A stretch of DNA of 54,522 nucleotides, filler included, from Squatina squatina (GCA_031763465.1; 2 parts of 2 records of this genome joined end to end with filler, not necessarily neighbours in it), one strand, 5' to 3'. Positions 1 to 12,444 are shown, counted from the whole stretch's first letter. Numbers and translations: made by a program. The notes: generated by a model from the letters alone, not told the origin.

Positions 1-2049
1 CCAGGGTCTGTGAGGTCAGCAGTCTGGAGCTGGGTGTACTCAATATCATGAGCAGTGTCCATAAATGTTGTATTTCATATTTTTTAAAACACTTATTCGC
101 ACATTAATTATGTTGCTATATACAAGCAAACATATTTTCTGCAATGACAGAATTAATTACTTTAGGTTGTCTTTTGGAAGTTAGCGTGGGGGTATTCGGG
201 CCACGTCAATATTTAAAGGGTCCGCTCATGTAAAAGAAAATGCACAAAGGCACATAAATACTGCACTATACTTCTGGAGCCCAAAGTTATATTTTAATGT
301 TCCCCCAAAAATTGGACATTTCTGCCTGATAATCAACACTGATAACGTGACTGTCCCATTGATGATCATCAAGGTCAGAACACAGCTAATTTTAACTGAC
401 CTGCAAGGTTTAAGACCGAGAACATACTGATGCACCCTGCGAAGGATGAAGGAGGGAGAACAATCATATTGGCAGTTGAACTCTACCATGTCTGTGCCAT
501 CTGTTGACCACTGGCAACGCAGCACAGGAACCAGTCCCGAAAATGTCCATAGCCAGGGTAGCCCCACAGTCTGGACTGAAGCAGTCTGTATAACTCGGAG
601 CAGGCGGAAGAATTCGAATACGTAGGAAGATTGGTTTAACAATTGTCATATGGAAGGCAAGGTCTTTTAGCACTGGCATCTCCAGACAAATCTGATCTGT
701 ACCTAATCTAACTTTGACTCAAACCAGTTTCAATTTACTCCACTGCGTAGAAATTCAATGAACAAAGCCCATTCGCGTGCACTTCCGTTGTATAAATTTG
801 CAAGTACTCTTCCTTCTTAATCATTCCCACTTAATCAAATTCCTAGTTCATGCTTAATACTAAAGTATAAACATCTAGATTCAAGAATAAACACCATCCA
901 ATTATCTTTTTAAAAAAATGCTTTGCCAAACACCCCCCAGGAATAGCCGCACATTTTAGAATTCTAGTCAAATTATTGNNNNNNNNNNCTGACGCAGAGC
1001 AGAAAATACATGCAGGCTGTAAGTTGAAGTGTTTATATGACATTTTTACCAAATGTCCATGTCCTGGGAATACTGTTTCCAAGTTAGTTTACAGAAATTT
1101 TGAATCTAATGTTATTTCTGAGTAATCTAGGGATGTATTTGTCAAGGCTCAATTGTATCAGCTGGGGGACTCGAATCTGCGAGCAGCAGTTGATATTTAA
1201 GTGCTGGCAAGCCGAATGGTGCCACAATCATACTGGTGGTTATTGTAGATGGGATATTTGATGCAATATGACAGGCCATATGGCAATAAATTGGATTATA
1301 ACCAACATGAATATATAACATTAGTATGTGCAGATGAATTACACAAGACATATATGTATCTCCAATGAACTAAACATATTTCTTAGGGATACTTGGAATT
1401 CTGTAGCTCCTAAATTTCTCAATTTGCATTGGCCTTGTTGTACTTGGCACAGCATCATGGAGCTCAAGGAACGTGAATGCACTGTACAGTTTCTGGCAAG
1501 GGTGAGCATTACCTGGGGGGGGAGGGGGTGCTGTAGTGAGCCCCCCCTCCAATTACATGATCCATCATACTAAATGAAACCAGGTGAGTACTGCAACATA
1601 CAAATCCCTCTCTGCAAAATAGATCAGTCTCAGGGAGAAGAATCGCCCTTGCTAATTGGATTGCTATCTTAAAAAAAATTTAAAGTTGTCTTTTTTTCTG
1701 TTTATTTTTCCCTCTCACTTTCTCCTCTCCTGAAGGCACCACCTCGTGCTGGTACGCAGCTCTGCCAGAACTCCTGCTCACCAACTGACCATTCTATGTG
1801 CGTGAGCCGAGAAAGTGAGCATCGGCAAGCTATTCGATTTTAGGGAGCAACACAGCTGCACCCGATCCTGCCTTCATCCGATGTCCGCACACAAACACAT
1901 GCGAGCATGTGGGCGCACAAACATACACAATTTCCAATAGCGCAATAGCAATAAGGACCGTGGATAGTTCTCACTTCCTAGCTCAGTGACACTGGCCAAC
2001 TGTAGTTTATCTACCACTTCCCCAACTGTCCTTGTACAGAAATCGCAGA

Positions 2050-2712
2050 ATGTTAACTTGCTCAGCAAGCAATTAGGAAGGCAAATGATATGTTAGCCTT
2101 TATTGCAAGATGATTGTAGTGTAAATGTAGGGAAGTCTTGCTGCAACTGTTCAGGCCGGTGGTAACAACACGCCGACAATACAGCATAGAGTTTTGCTCT
2201 CCATATTTAATGGTGGACGTCCTTGCATTGAAGACAATTTAGAGAAAGTTAACTCGATAGATTCTGAGGATGACGGTGTATTGTGATGAAAGGTTCAGCA
2301 ATTATGCTCTGTACTCATTCGAGTTCAGAAGATTGAGAAGTGGTATTCTTGATCTGTCTGAATGATATACGATTCTGAGGTGGCTTGACAGGTTAGATAG
2401 ATTTTGAGAAGATTTTTAACCTCGGTGACGAATAAAGAACCAAGCGACAGATTTTAGTTCGAAGGCGTCACAGTTTTAAGATCGAGAAGAGGAGAAATTT
2501 CTTCTTTCAGTGCATCGCGAAACCTTGCAATTCTTTAGCCCAGGGATCTGAGTCGGCTGAGTCATGGTCTATAACCAAAGCTGAGAAAAACAGATTTTGG
2601 ATCTACGGGAGAGTCAAATGTTCTGGGGAACAGGAGCAAAGTGGACTGAGGGCAAGGTCAGATCAGCCACTATCTTATTGGATGATGGAGCAGGCTCGAG
2701 GGGTCGAATTGC
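2050..2712 (+). mobile_element. Degenerate CR1-type LINE, 3' end of ORF2 plus 3' UTR
   Basis: Decayed 'IRKANxMLAFIAR..EY...EVLLQL' region, then 'RRNFFxQR' and a 3' UTR 'ggagcaggctcgaggggtcgaattgcctcctcct'. It resembles the better preserved copy at 6484-7348. Confidence 0.75.
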
Positions 2713-4704
2713 CTCCTCCTTCATTCTTTCATTCTTGCTTTCATTCTTGCTTTCTATCTTCCTTGCTTTTATCTTTTTCTCTCTTTTATTTCTTTATTTT
2801 CCTAGTTTCTTTTTTCTTTCTTTCATCCTTCCTTTATTCTTTCTCTCCTTTCTTGGTTCTCTCTTGCATTTTTCCTTATCCTTCTTCCTTTCTGTCATTC
2901 TTGTTTATTCATCTTTTATTATCCGTTCTATCTTTTTTCCCTTCCTCCATCTTTCTTTCTAGGTTTCTCTCTTTCTTATTTTCCTCCTTTCTGCCTTGCT
3001 TTCTTCCTTGATTTTTTTTTGTTGTCCTTCATTTTTTCTTTCTTATTCGCTTGTTCTGCTTCCTTTCGTTCTTTCTATCCCTCTGTATCTCTTTTCTTCC
3101 TCTGTTTTCCTTCTTTCACTTTTATGCTCATTGTTTCTTAATTATCTGCTTATTTTTATTTCTTCTTTCTTTCCTTTTATCCTTTACTTATTTCTGTCTT
3201 ATATTTCTATCTTTCTTGATCTGTTTCTTTCTATCTTTCTTGTTTTTTTATGTGTCCCTTCTTTCTTTCAGTCAATCTTTATTACATTTATCTTTAATTT
3301 AAAATTTAATTCTGGCAGTTTTATCATTCATCCTCTTCTTTCTTTCTTCCTTGCTGTTTTCTTCATTGTTTCATTTTTGCTTTGTTTTTATTTTTTTGTC
3401 TTGCTCTTTTGTTTTTTTCGCTGTTTTTCCCATTCTTTCATTCATTCCTTCCTTCTTTCTCATTTGCTTTTTTTTCTTTATTTATCGTTGCATTTTTACT
3501 TGTTTTATTACTTTCTTTTATTCTTTGGTTCCATCTTTCTTTCAAACCTTCTGTGTTGCTTTCTTTATTGGTTATATTCATACTTTCCTTATTTTGGTCT
3601 TTTGTTACATCATTTTTTCTTGTATTCTTTATTTCATTTTTCATTCAATTATGTTTTCTTGCTTGCTTTTCAATTCTTTCTTTCTTTCATTCCTTCCTTC
3701 TTTCTAACTGGCTTTTCTTTCTTTCTCTCTCTGTTTCTGTTTTTTTTATTTCTTCCATTCCTTTTTTTTGTCTTTTTGTTTTCTTTCTTATTTTTTTCAT
3801 TGTATTCTATTTTCTCCTTTTGGGACTTTTATTCCTCTGTTCCTACTTTATTTCTTGCTTCTTTACATCTTTCTTATATTCTTTACTTCTTACTTTTTTC
3901 ATCCTTTCCTGCATTTTTACTTTCATTCATTCCTTCCTTCTCTCATTGTTTCTTTCTCTCCTTGTTTTCATTCCCTCCATCTTTGGTTCTTGTTTTCTCT
4001 CTTAATGACTTTCTTTCCCTCTTTCTTTTATCTTTCTTTCTTTCAGTCTTTCTTCCTTCTTTATTTTATCGTGTTCTCCTTATTTTTTCTTGCGGATTTC
4101 CTCTTTGTTCCTTTCATTCTTACTATCTCTCTTTTTTATTTCTACGTTCCTTTCTTTGTGTCTTTCTTTCTTGTTTTTTCCTTCATTCCTTTTACATTTT
4201 TTCTTACTCGGTTTCTTTCCTTTTTTCTTTCATCATTTTTTGTTTTCTGCTTTCTTTTATATCTTCATTTTCTTTCATTATTGATTTCTTTCTTTCCATC
4301 CTATTTGATTTTTTGATTTATTCCTTTTTTCTGTCGATCTTTCTAACCTTGATCTGTTTTATCAAATTAAGTTCTATCTTTCCTTTTTTATGGTCACTCT
4401 TTCTTTCATTTTTCATTCTTTCATTCTTTCTTTCTTTCCTTCTGTGGTCCATGCAGATTTGTTCATTCTTTCTCTCCATCTTTCTTTCATCTTTGCTTTT
4501 TTCCTTTTTTCTTTTTTTCTTGCTTTCTATTTTAATTTCTTGCTCTTTTCTTTCTATCTACATTTCTTCCATTATATTCTTCAATCCTTTCTTTCATACA
4601 GTTTTTCTTTCTGTCATTTATTCTTGCTGTTTTTCCTTCCATCTTTCTTTCATTCAGATTTCTCTTTTTTCATTCATTCTTTCTTGCTTGCTTTTGTTCT
4701 TTCA
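2712..4704. repeat. ~2 kb degenerate (CTTT/TTC)n polypyrimidine low-complexity tract
   Basis: Overwhelmingly T/C on the + strand. The long F/L/S-rich ORFs here result from this composition. Confidence 0.95.
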
Positions 4705-5275
4705 GAACGTAAGAACCAAATAACTTGAGTAATTGGAGCAGGAGGAGTCCATTCATTCTCTCGAGCCTGCTCCACCATTCAACAAGATCATAACTGATCT
4801 GCCAGCACTACATCTTTTTCATGCACTACCCCCAGATCACTCAATGTATTTAATATCTATAAATCTGTCAACCGTTGTCTTGAATATACTCAATGACTGA
4901 CACTACACTTTAATCTGAGGTAGTCAATTACAAAGATTCATCACAGTCTAAGAGAAGAAATTTATCATCATTTTAGAGTGCTAATTGGACTACCACTTAT
5001 TTTGTGAAAAACTACCTTGGTTCAAGATCATGCAGCCAGGGGAAACATCCTAATGAATCTCCCTGTCGATCCGTGTAAAAATGTTGCATGTTTCCATCAG
5101 ACCAACTGTCTTTATTCTAAACTCTAGAGAATACAGGTCCAGTCTACTCAACCTCTCCTCATAGGACAATCCCCACATCTCAGCAATCAGTTTGGTGAGC
5201 CTTCGTCTCACGCCCTCTGTGGCAAGTCCATCTTTCCTTAGGTATGGAGACCAAAACTGCACACAATAACTGCAT

Positions 5276-6010
5276 TGTTATTGTCTAACTTCAGAAACCA
5301 AGCAGAGACTCAGATACAGGCAACAATTGTTTTCTTCAAGCGAGTCACAGGAAGAGGTGCTCTTCGAAATCTCCATGAACCAAACTCTGCAAAACCACAA
5401 CAGTTCACATCTTTGGTCAGGACAACACATTCCAGTCCTGTCACTTTATAATCTGAATGGAAGCAGACTCCACTTCATCCTGGTTTGTTCTCACGACTTT
5501 TCCCTTCATGTCTCGTTAACTTTACTAGTGGAATGTGATTCTTCCCCTCCACCGAGGCTAGCCTGGCTACCTTAGTGAAGTCTTGTGCCTGTCTGTGTTA
5601 ATCTGACTGATGTCTTTTACCCCATGGTACCACTCTGTTAATACCTGGCTTCTCACCTCGTGTCACATTTATCAAGATGGTGTTTAGGGCTTAATGGCAC
5701 TCAAGATATAACATCTCTGTACCTGATTCCATCGTGCCATGTTTATCAGAATGTTATTTGGGACGGGATGGTACTCAAGATAAAGCGTCTCTCTACCTGC
5801 CTCCATCGCGGCATACTTCTTTGCTATTTTAATCTTAGCTAGCTTATTTCAACATTAGGTCAACATAAGACATGTGCTGTTTCAAAATGAGCTGTCAGCG
5901 ATGTATTTTCTGTCATTAGAGCATTAAACGTATTGTCCTTTTTGACTCTCCTTGCCTCGTTGCTTTTCGAGAGCTATGGTTGATATGAAACTCAATAATT
6001 TAATAAAAAC
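5276..6010 (-). mobile_element. Solo-LTR-like interspersed repeat, copy 1
   Basis: Aligns by eye over ~700 nt with 13886-14578 (aacttcagaaacca.gcagagactcagata.aggcaacaat...). Starts with TG and interrupts the CR1 LINE. The right boundary is uncertain. Confidence 0.6.
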
Positions 6011-6483
6011 TCACAAAAATCAAGAAGTAATACTTCTGCACTCAAATCCCCTTGTAATAATGACACAGCGAACATTTGGTTTCCGACCATCTTGCTGCAG
6101 CTGCCTGTTAGCTTTCAATGCTTCATGTCGAAGGTCACTCATGTCCCTTTGAACATCAACATTTCCCAATCTCCCACCAGTTAATCCATACTCTGCAATT
6201 CTCTTTTTCTACTAAAGTGAATAACCTCACATTTTTCGAGTTTTTATTCCATTTGCCACGTTCATGCCTACTCATTGAGACTATCTTTATCTTCTTGAAG
6301 CTTTGTTGCATCCTCTTCACAATTCACAATCACAACGAGTTTTGCTTCATCTTCAAAATTGGAAATATAGCACTTGGCCCCTCATTCAAATTATTGATAT
6401 CATCTGTGAAAAGCTAGGGCCCAAGAACCGGCCCTTGAGATATCCCTCTTTTGCCAGCCTGCCAAACTGAAAATTACCCGTTT

Positions 6484-7348
6484 TTTTGCAGACGACACAA
6501 AAATAGGTGGGACGGCAAGTTGCGAGGAGGATACAAACATTTTACAGAGTCCTAATGATAGGTTGGTGAGTGGGCAAAAAGTTGGCCGGTGGAGTATAAT
6601 GTGGGAAAATGTGAAGTTTTTTATTTTGGAGGAAAAGCAAAAGAACAGAGTATTATTTACATGGAAAGCTGCATCACAAAGTGATTTGGCAGGAAACACA
6701 GAAAACGAACAAACAAGTGCAGCAGGTAATAGGGAAGGCCTTTTTTCAAGGGGGTTGGAGTATAGAGGTTATGAAGTCTTGCTGCAACTGTACAAGGCAC
6801 TGGTGAGACCACATTGGAGTTCGCTGAGCAGTTTTGGACCCTGTATTTAAGGAAGGATATAAATTGATTGGAGGCAGTTCAGAGAAGGTGTACCAGGATG
6901 ATTCCGGGTATGTTGGGATTGTCCTATGTGGAAAGTTTGAACTATTTGGGACTCTTCTCATTGGAGTTCAGAAGAATGAGAGGAGATCTTATTGTAACAT
7001 ACAAGGGCCTGGACAGAGTAAATGCTGAAAGGACCAGAGGACACAGCCTCAGAATAGAGGGGCGCCCAGTTAAGACAGAGGCAAGGACGAATTTCTTCTC
7101 CCAGAGGGTTGTGAGTCTTTGGAACTCCTTGCCACAGAGGGTTGCGGAGGCTGAAACCTCGTACATATTTAAGTCTGAGATAGATCGATTTCTAATCAGT
7201 AAGGGAATCAAGGGTTATGGGGAGAAGGCGTCAAGGTGAACTTGAGAAACGTCGGATCAGCCATGGTCCAATTGAATGTTGGAGCGGGCTCGAGGGGCCG
7301 ATTGGCCTGCTCCTGCTCCTACTTCTTATGGTCTTATGTCTGATGGTC
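6484..7348 (+). mobile_element. 5'-truncated CR1-type LINE (RT C-terminus, 3' UTR, CTTATGGT-like tail) nested in the older LINE
   Basis: FADDTKIGG at 6485; ORFs EVLLQLYKALVRPH and EAVQRRCTRMIPG..RGDLI..TRGHSLRI..NFFSQRVVSLWNSLP; tail 'acttcttatggtcttatgtctgatggtc'. Confidence 0.9.
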
Positions 7349-8999
7349 TATTCCTACTCTGTCTATTAAGCAATGTTCAATCCATGCCAGTATATTACAC
7401 CCAATCCTGTGAGCTCTAATTGTGTTTACTAACCTCTTGAGTGAAAACTTTTCGAAAACATTCTGAAAATCTAATGCACCACATCGCTTATCTATTCTGC
7501 GAGTTACAACCTCAGAAAAATTCAAACATTTCGTAAAACAAGATTTCCCTGCCATAAATCCATGTTGACTCTGTCCAATGCTATTATTACTTTCGAAATC
7601 TCCTGTTATCACATCTTTTTCAATAGATTCCAGCCTTCTCCCCACCACTCATGTATGTAGTTATCTTTATTCTCTCTCGCTCCTTTCTTAAATAGTGGGA
7701 GTACATTTGCTACCTTCTAATCTGCAGGAAACATTCTAAAATCTATGGAACTTTGGAAGATTGCAGCCAAGGCATCCACTATCTCTATCGCCAACTCTTG
7801 CAAAACGCTCGGATGTAGGTTTTCAGGTCCTGGAGATTTATCGACTCTCAGTCCCCTTAATATCTCCAGTAATTTTTTTTTTAATGATACTAATTTCTTT
7901 CAGTTTCTCGTTTTCAGCAGTTACTGGGTTGTGAATTATTTCTGGCGGATTTTTGTTTCTTAATCTGTGAAGACAGGCAAAACGTATTTGTTAAATTTCT
8001 CTGACATTACCTTATTCCCCATTATCAATTCTACTGTTTCTGCCTGTAAGCAACACACATTTGCTTTCACTAACGTTTTCCTTTTTATTCACCACTAGAA
8101 GTTTTTAGAGTCTGTTTTAATGTTGCTCGCGAGTTTACTCTCTTATTCTCTTTTTGCTTGCTTCATCATTTTCTTGGTCCTCTTTTGCTGAATTCTAAAA
8201 TATTTCCCTCTCTCAGGCTTCATGCTTTTTTGAACGAAAACTATGTTGAACTTCTATTTTTAGCCACGGTTAGCCAATTTTCCTGTTGTGTTTTTGTGCC
8301 TTAAAGCATTTATGTTTGTTGTAAATTACGGACAAATCTTTAAATGGTCGCTGATGCCTGTCTACCGTCATACCTTGTAATGTAATTTCACAAGCTACCA
8401 AAGCCACCTCGCCCCTCAAACCCTCCTAGCTCCGTCTGTTTATATGTAAGACCCTAGTTTAAGATTCAACTACACCACTTTCAAAATGAATATAAAATTC
8501 TGTAATATAGTGTCATTCTTCCATACGGCCCTTTTACAACACGATTATTAATTAGTGCTTTCTGATTGTACAATCCAAGATCAAAAAAGGCTTTGTGTGT
8601 GTTCCTTAATGTACTGGTCTAGAAAACGTTCTCCTTTACATTCCAGGTATTCTTCCTCCACATTATTAGTGCTAATTCGTTTGTCCAGTCTATATTTAGA
8701 TTATAGTCCCCCAAAGTTTCAGTAGTAAGCTTGTTATATGCACCTCCAATCTCCTGATTGATACGGTGCCCTGCATTACCACCACGACTCGGTGTCCTGT
8801 AAACAAGTCCGAACAATGTTTTCTGCCACTTGTTTCTTCGCTCCAACCAAACAGATTCTAAATCTTGAACTTCCCATCCAAGTTCCTTCCTCACCATTGA
8901 ATTGACCTCCTGCATCACCAATAGCGCTACCCCAGCTCCGTTTCCTTTTTGCCTTTCAATCCTAAATGTCGAATACCCTTGAATAATCAGCCCCCGGAT

Positions 9000-9980
9000 A
9001 AACTTTCTCGATTTTTTTCTCTTTCTTTCTTTCAATCTCTGTTTCTTTCTTAAGTTCATTCTTTCTGTCTATTCATTCTTTCAAGGTTTTTCACTTTCTT
9101 CCTTTCCTTCCTTCCTTCTTCCTTTATTTCCAGCATTCTTCTGTGTTCTAACTTTCCATCTTTGTTTTTTTCAGTATTTCCTTCTGATTTATTTCTCTTC
9201 TTTGTTTCTTTCAATCTGTCTATTTCTATCTGTGCTGCTTTCTTTCTTTCCATCTTTTTCATTCTTTCATTCTTTCTTTTGTCTTCTTTCTTTGTACTTA
9301 CCTGGCCTTTTTTTTCTTTCTTGTTTTATATCTTGATTTTTTGCTTTCCTTATTTCTTTCCTTCTTGCTTTTTGCTCTTTTGCTTGCTTTTTCCTTTCTT
9401 TCATTCCTTTCTTCTTCCTTTCATGTTTCTTTGGTTCCAGATATGTTTATTTTCTATTCAATTCCTTTCCTTCTTTCTTTCTTAATCTTTGTTTTTACTT
9501 TCCTTCCATCTTTCTTGATTTTCTCTTCCTTTCTTTCTTTCCTTCCTTCTTTTTTTCCTCATTTATTTCATTTTCTCTTGCTTGCTATCGTTTCTGAATT
9601 TTTTCTTTACTTCCATTTTCATTTCTCCATTTCTTGCTTTTCTTACTTTGCTTCTCTCTTTCTTACTTTATTTGTAATTGAATTTTTACTTTCTTCTCTG
9701 CTTATTCCCTTTCTTTCTTTCCCCCTTCTTTCTATGTTTCTTTCTTTTTTCCATTATCTAACTTTCTACTTTCTTTCCATCTTTCTTCTGATTTGTTATT
9801 TTACTCCTTGTTTGCTTTTCATGGTCTTTTTTTTCTTTCTCTCTTTCCTCTATCGTAATTTCATTCTTTCGTTGTGTCCTTCTTTTTTTCCTGTTCAGTT
9901 TTCGATTTCTTTATTTCCTTCATTTCCTTCATTTTCTTTCTTACTTTCTTTTTTTTCGATCATTCATGCATTTTTTCCTG
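9000..9980. repeat. Degenerate polypyrimidine tract
   Basis: T/C-rich; reverse-complement homolog of 22610-23590. Confidence 0.9.
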
Positions 9981-10221
9981 TGGAGGCATTTCTTCACCCA
10001 GAGAGTGGTGGACCTGTGGAATTCTCTACCACAGAAGGCAGTTCAGGCCAAATCATTAAATATATTCAAGAAGGAGTTGGATAAAGCTCCTAAGGCTAAA
10101 GGGATCAAGGGATACAGGAATAACGCAGGGACAGGGTACAGATCTCATTGAAGGGTGGAGCAGGCTTGAAGGGCCGAATGGCCCACTCCTGTTCCTTTCT
10201 TCTATGTTTCTATGTTTCTAT
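9980..10221 (+). mobile_element. CR1-type LINE 3' terminal fragment with (TTCTATG)n tail
   Basis: FFTQRVVDLWNSLPQKAVQAKSLNIFKKELD, then 'gaagggccgaatggcccactcctgttcct' and 'ttctatgtttctatgtttcta'. Confidence 0.85.
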
Positions 10222-10845
10222 CTCTGCGTGAACCCACTTGTCACTGCTTGGCAACCTGAAAAGACCCATTGATTCCTTCGCTCTGTTTTCTGTCTGTTTA
10301 CCAATTCTCAATCCAAGCCAGTATATTACCACAATTCCATGTGCTATAACTTTGTTCCCAATCTCCTGTGTTGGACCTTAGTGTCCAAATACACCACATC
10401 CTCTGGCTCGCCCTTATCTACTCCATTAGTTAAATCCTGAAATAATTCCATTAGGTGTGTCAAATATGATTTACCTTTCATAAATCCATGTTGACACTGC
10501 CCAATCCTATTATTATTCTACAGGTGTCCTGTTATCACATCCTTTTGATAGATTCCAGCATTTTCAATACTACTGATTGTAGGCTAATCTGTCTGTAATT
10601 ACCAGTTTCCCCTCTCCTTTTTTAAAATAGTGGTGTTATGTTAGCCACCTTGCGATCTGCAGGAACTGTTCCAGAGTCTATAGAATTTTGGAAGTTGACA
10701 ACCAATGCATCTCCGGCCGCTTTCTCCACCTCCTTCCAAACCCTGGGATGTAATACATTGGGCTGTGTCGACCTTTAGTCCCATTTATCTCTCTGGTGCG
10801 ACTTTTTTACGAATAGTAAATTATTTGCGTTCCTCATTCTCGCTA
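10222..10845 (-). mobile_element. CR1-type LINE RT fragment
   Basis: Minus strand encodes decayed FQNSIDSGTVPAD.KVAN..NY.QISL..QHGFMKGKS; homolog of 21830-22390. Confidence 0.8.
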
Positions 10846-10899
10846 GGCTCGAGGGGCCAAATGTCCGATTCTTGCCCCAATCTTAGGTTCGTATGTACA

Positions 10900-11350
10900 T
10901 ATGTTCCTTATTTCTATCATTCTTTCTTGTCACATTTCCAACCTTTTTCTGTTTTGTTTCTCTTGTTCATGCTTTTTTGCTTCCGTCTTTTCTTCTTTCG
11001 TTTTCTGTCGTTCTTTGTTCCTTTCTTTGCATCTTTCTTTCCTTCATTCTTTCTTTATTTCTTTCCTTCTTTCTATTTTCCTTCCTTTTTGACTTGCTGT
11101 CTTATTTGATATTTTTCTTATTTTTTTACTTCTTTCCTTCTTTCTTTCCTTCTTGTTGTGATGCTATTTTTCTTTCCTTCCTTTTTTCTATTTTTCTTGA
11201 TTTCTTTCTTTCTATCTTTCTGCCTTTATTTCTTTCATTCCCTCTTTCTTATTTTCTATTTTTTTGATCGAATTCTATCCATCTTTTGTCCTTTTGTTTA
11301 TTTGTTCTTTCATTCTTGCTTGATTCTTTAGTTTGTTCTTTCTTCCTTCT
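10900..11350. repeat. Degenerate polypyrimidine tract
   Basis: T/C-rich; reverse-complement homolog of 21280-21700. Confidence 0.9.
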
Positions 11351-12130
11351 TGTAGCAAAAACAAGGTGGAAAGGCTGTCAATATAACAAGAGATATCCTG
11401 CTGTTTTACAAACCACACAGAAAGAACTTCTCTGCTTTTTCTCTCAATCGGCTGAGTCGGACGAGACTGACCTGCAGCATCGTTTGGACAGGAAGTGACA
11501 CAATGAGCAACGCACCGCTGGACAGGAATTGGTACAATGAGCACTGCATATCCTGGACAGAAAATGACACAATGAGCACTGCATTCCTTGGACAGGAAGT
11601 GACACATGAGCACCGCATACCTTGGACATGAGGTGACATAATGTGAACCGCATAGTTTTGGATAGGAATTGATAAAATGAGCTCACATCTGAGTGCTTCA
11701 CGGGTGCCAAACTACAGAATAATCCAATCCTGGTCCAGCCCCAGCGAAACTAAGTTACAACGAAAGGATGTTATATGCCCAGGACTGTGCATGAGCGAAG
11801 GCCCAATTGCCGGGCCCAACAGGATTGTGCACGAGGTGACCATGCAGTCAAAAAGGTACAACTGAGGGATGGTGAGTTCAGCCCGCATGGTGGAGAAGGA
11901 TAACGAGTGAGGAAGGATGCAAGAATTTTCCCTAAAGAGCAGAACAGGACAAAAAGACAAGCGAAGGATCCCGAGTTAGTGCAGCCCCCTCCAGAACAGA
12001 GAAACGGGAAGTAAAATCTTCATAATACCTGCACATTACTGACTCGTTTGTTAAACTTTAAGGATGTATGTGTTTAATAAACTTTTCAAAGATGTTTTGA
12101 TCGAGTTGATCCAACTGTGGATTTGTACCA
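11351..12130 (+). mobile_element. LTR-like element containing a ~35-bp tandem repeat
   Basis: Starts TGTAG, ends near ..TACCA. Tandem repeats at 11484-11690, a TATA-like site at ~11770 and AATAAA at 12076. The paralog at 20652-21272 (-) has TG..TTTATCA ends. Confidence 0.5.
11484..11690 (+). repeat. Minisatellite, ~6 x ~35 bp (TGGACAGGAAGTGACACAATGAGCACCGCA...)
   Basis: Six successive units start with TGGACA/TGGATA and contain ATGAGC or a close variant. Confidence 0.85.
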
Positions 12131-12309
12131 GTCCCATCCATAAAATAAAAGTAAGTAAAATTTTTACTTCATTGGATAATGTTCAGGAACAGGAACCTGC
12201 TCTAATTCCACCCACACTAACCTAGAGTCACTGAGCTCAGTTCTACATCACTAGCTGAAGCTTAACTCTTGTGGTCTTTGTTATTTGTTGGAATTCTGAG
12301 CTCTTTTTA

Positions 12310-12444
12310 CTGGAGTATGAAAGAATCTGTCAGTCCAGCAGTGACCAACATCATATCTCTGATAAACTGCTATCACTCGTGTGTTATTTCATCCAAATAT
12401 TGAATTACATTTAATGTTTGATTTCGTTGAACTATAATCGGTAT
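12310..12444 (+). pseudogene. Degenerate first exon of a second GPR139-like GPCR paralog, truncated by a gap
   Basis: Reverse-complement match to 20345-20473, the putative exon 1 of the GPCR pseudogene. Contains in-frame stops. The downstream exon is not seen. Confidence 0.4.

Larger units (their letters stand above)
4704..8995 (-). mobile_element. Long degenerate CR1-type LINE (endonuclease through RT to 3' end), interrupted by two insertions
   Basis: Minus-strand fragments in ORF2 order: IQGYSTFR..GAGVALLV..VYRTP..GDYNLNIDW (8619-8995), SQHGFMAGKSC..LDFQNVF (7334-7648), then 6150-6483 and QFWSPYLRKD..GLSYEERLSRLDLYSLEFR (5050-5262), ending in a 3' UTR at ~4704. Confidence 0.85.

Noticed and set aside
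1-62. Minus-strand ATG ORF (MDTAHDIEYTQLQTADLTDP) running off the window edge
   Set aside because: Only 20 codons with no recognisable homology.
1640-2000. Possible ancient SINE-like repeat
   Set aside because: Looks repeat-like, but I cannot support a family or boundaries.
2996-4723. 575-aa F/L/S-rich ORF and overlapping ORFs resembling a membrane protein
   Set aside because: A by-product of the T/C-rich tract, where stop codons are rare in all frames. The same applies to 9162-10084, 10705-11267 and 21350-23647.
11484-11690. CRISPR-like array
   Set aside because: Units are contiguous degenerate tandem copies without unique spacers, in a vertebrate context with no cas genes.
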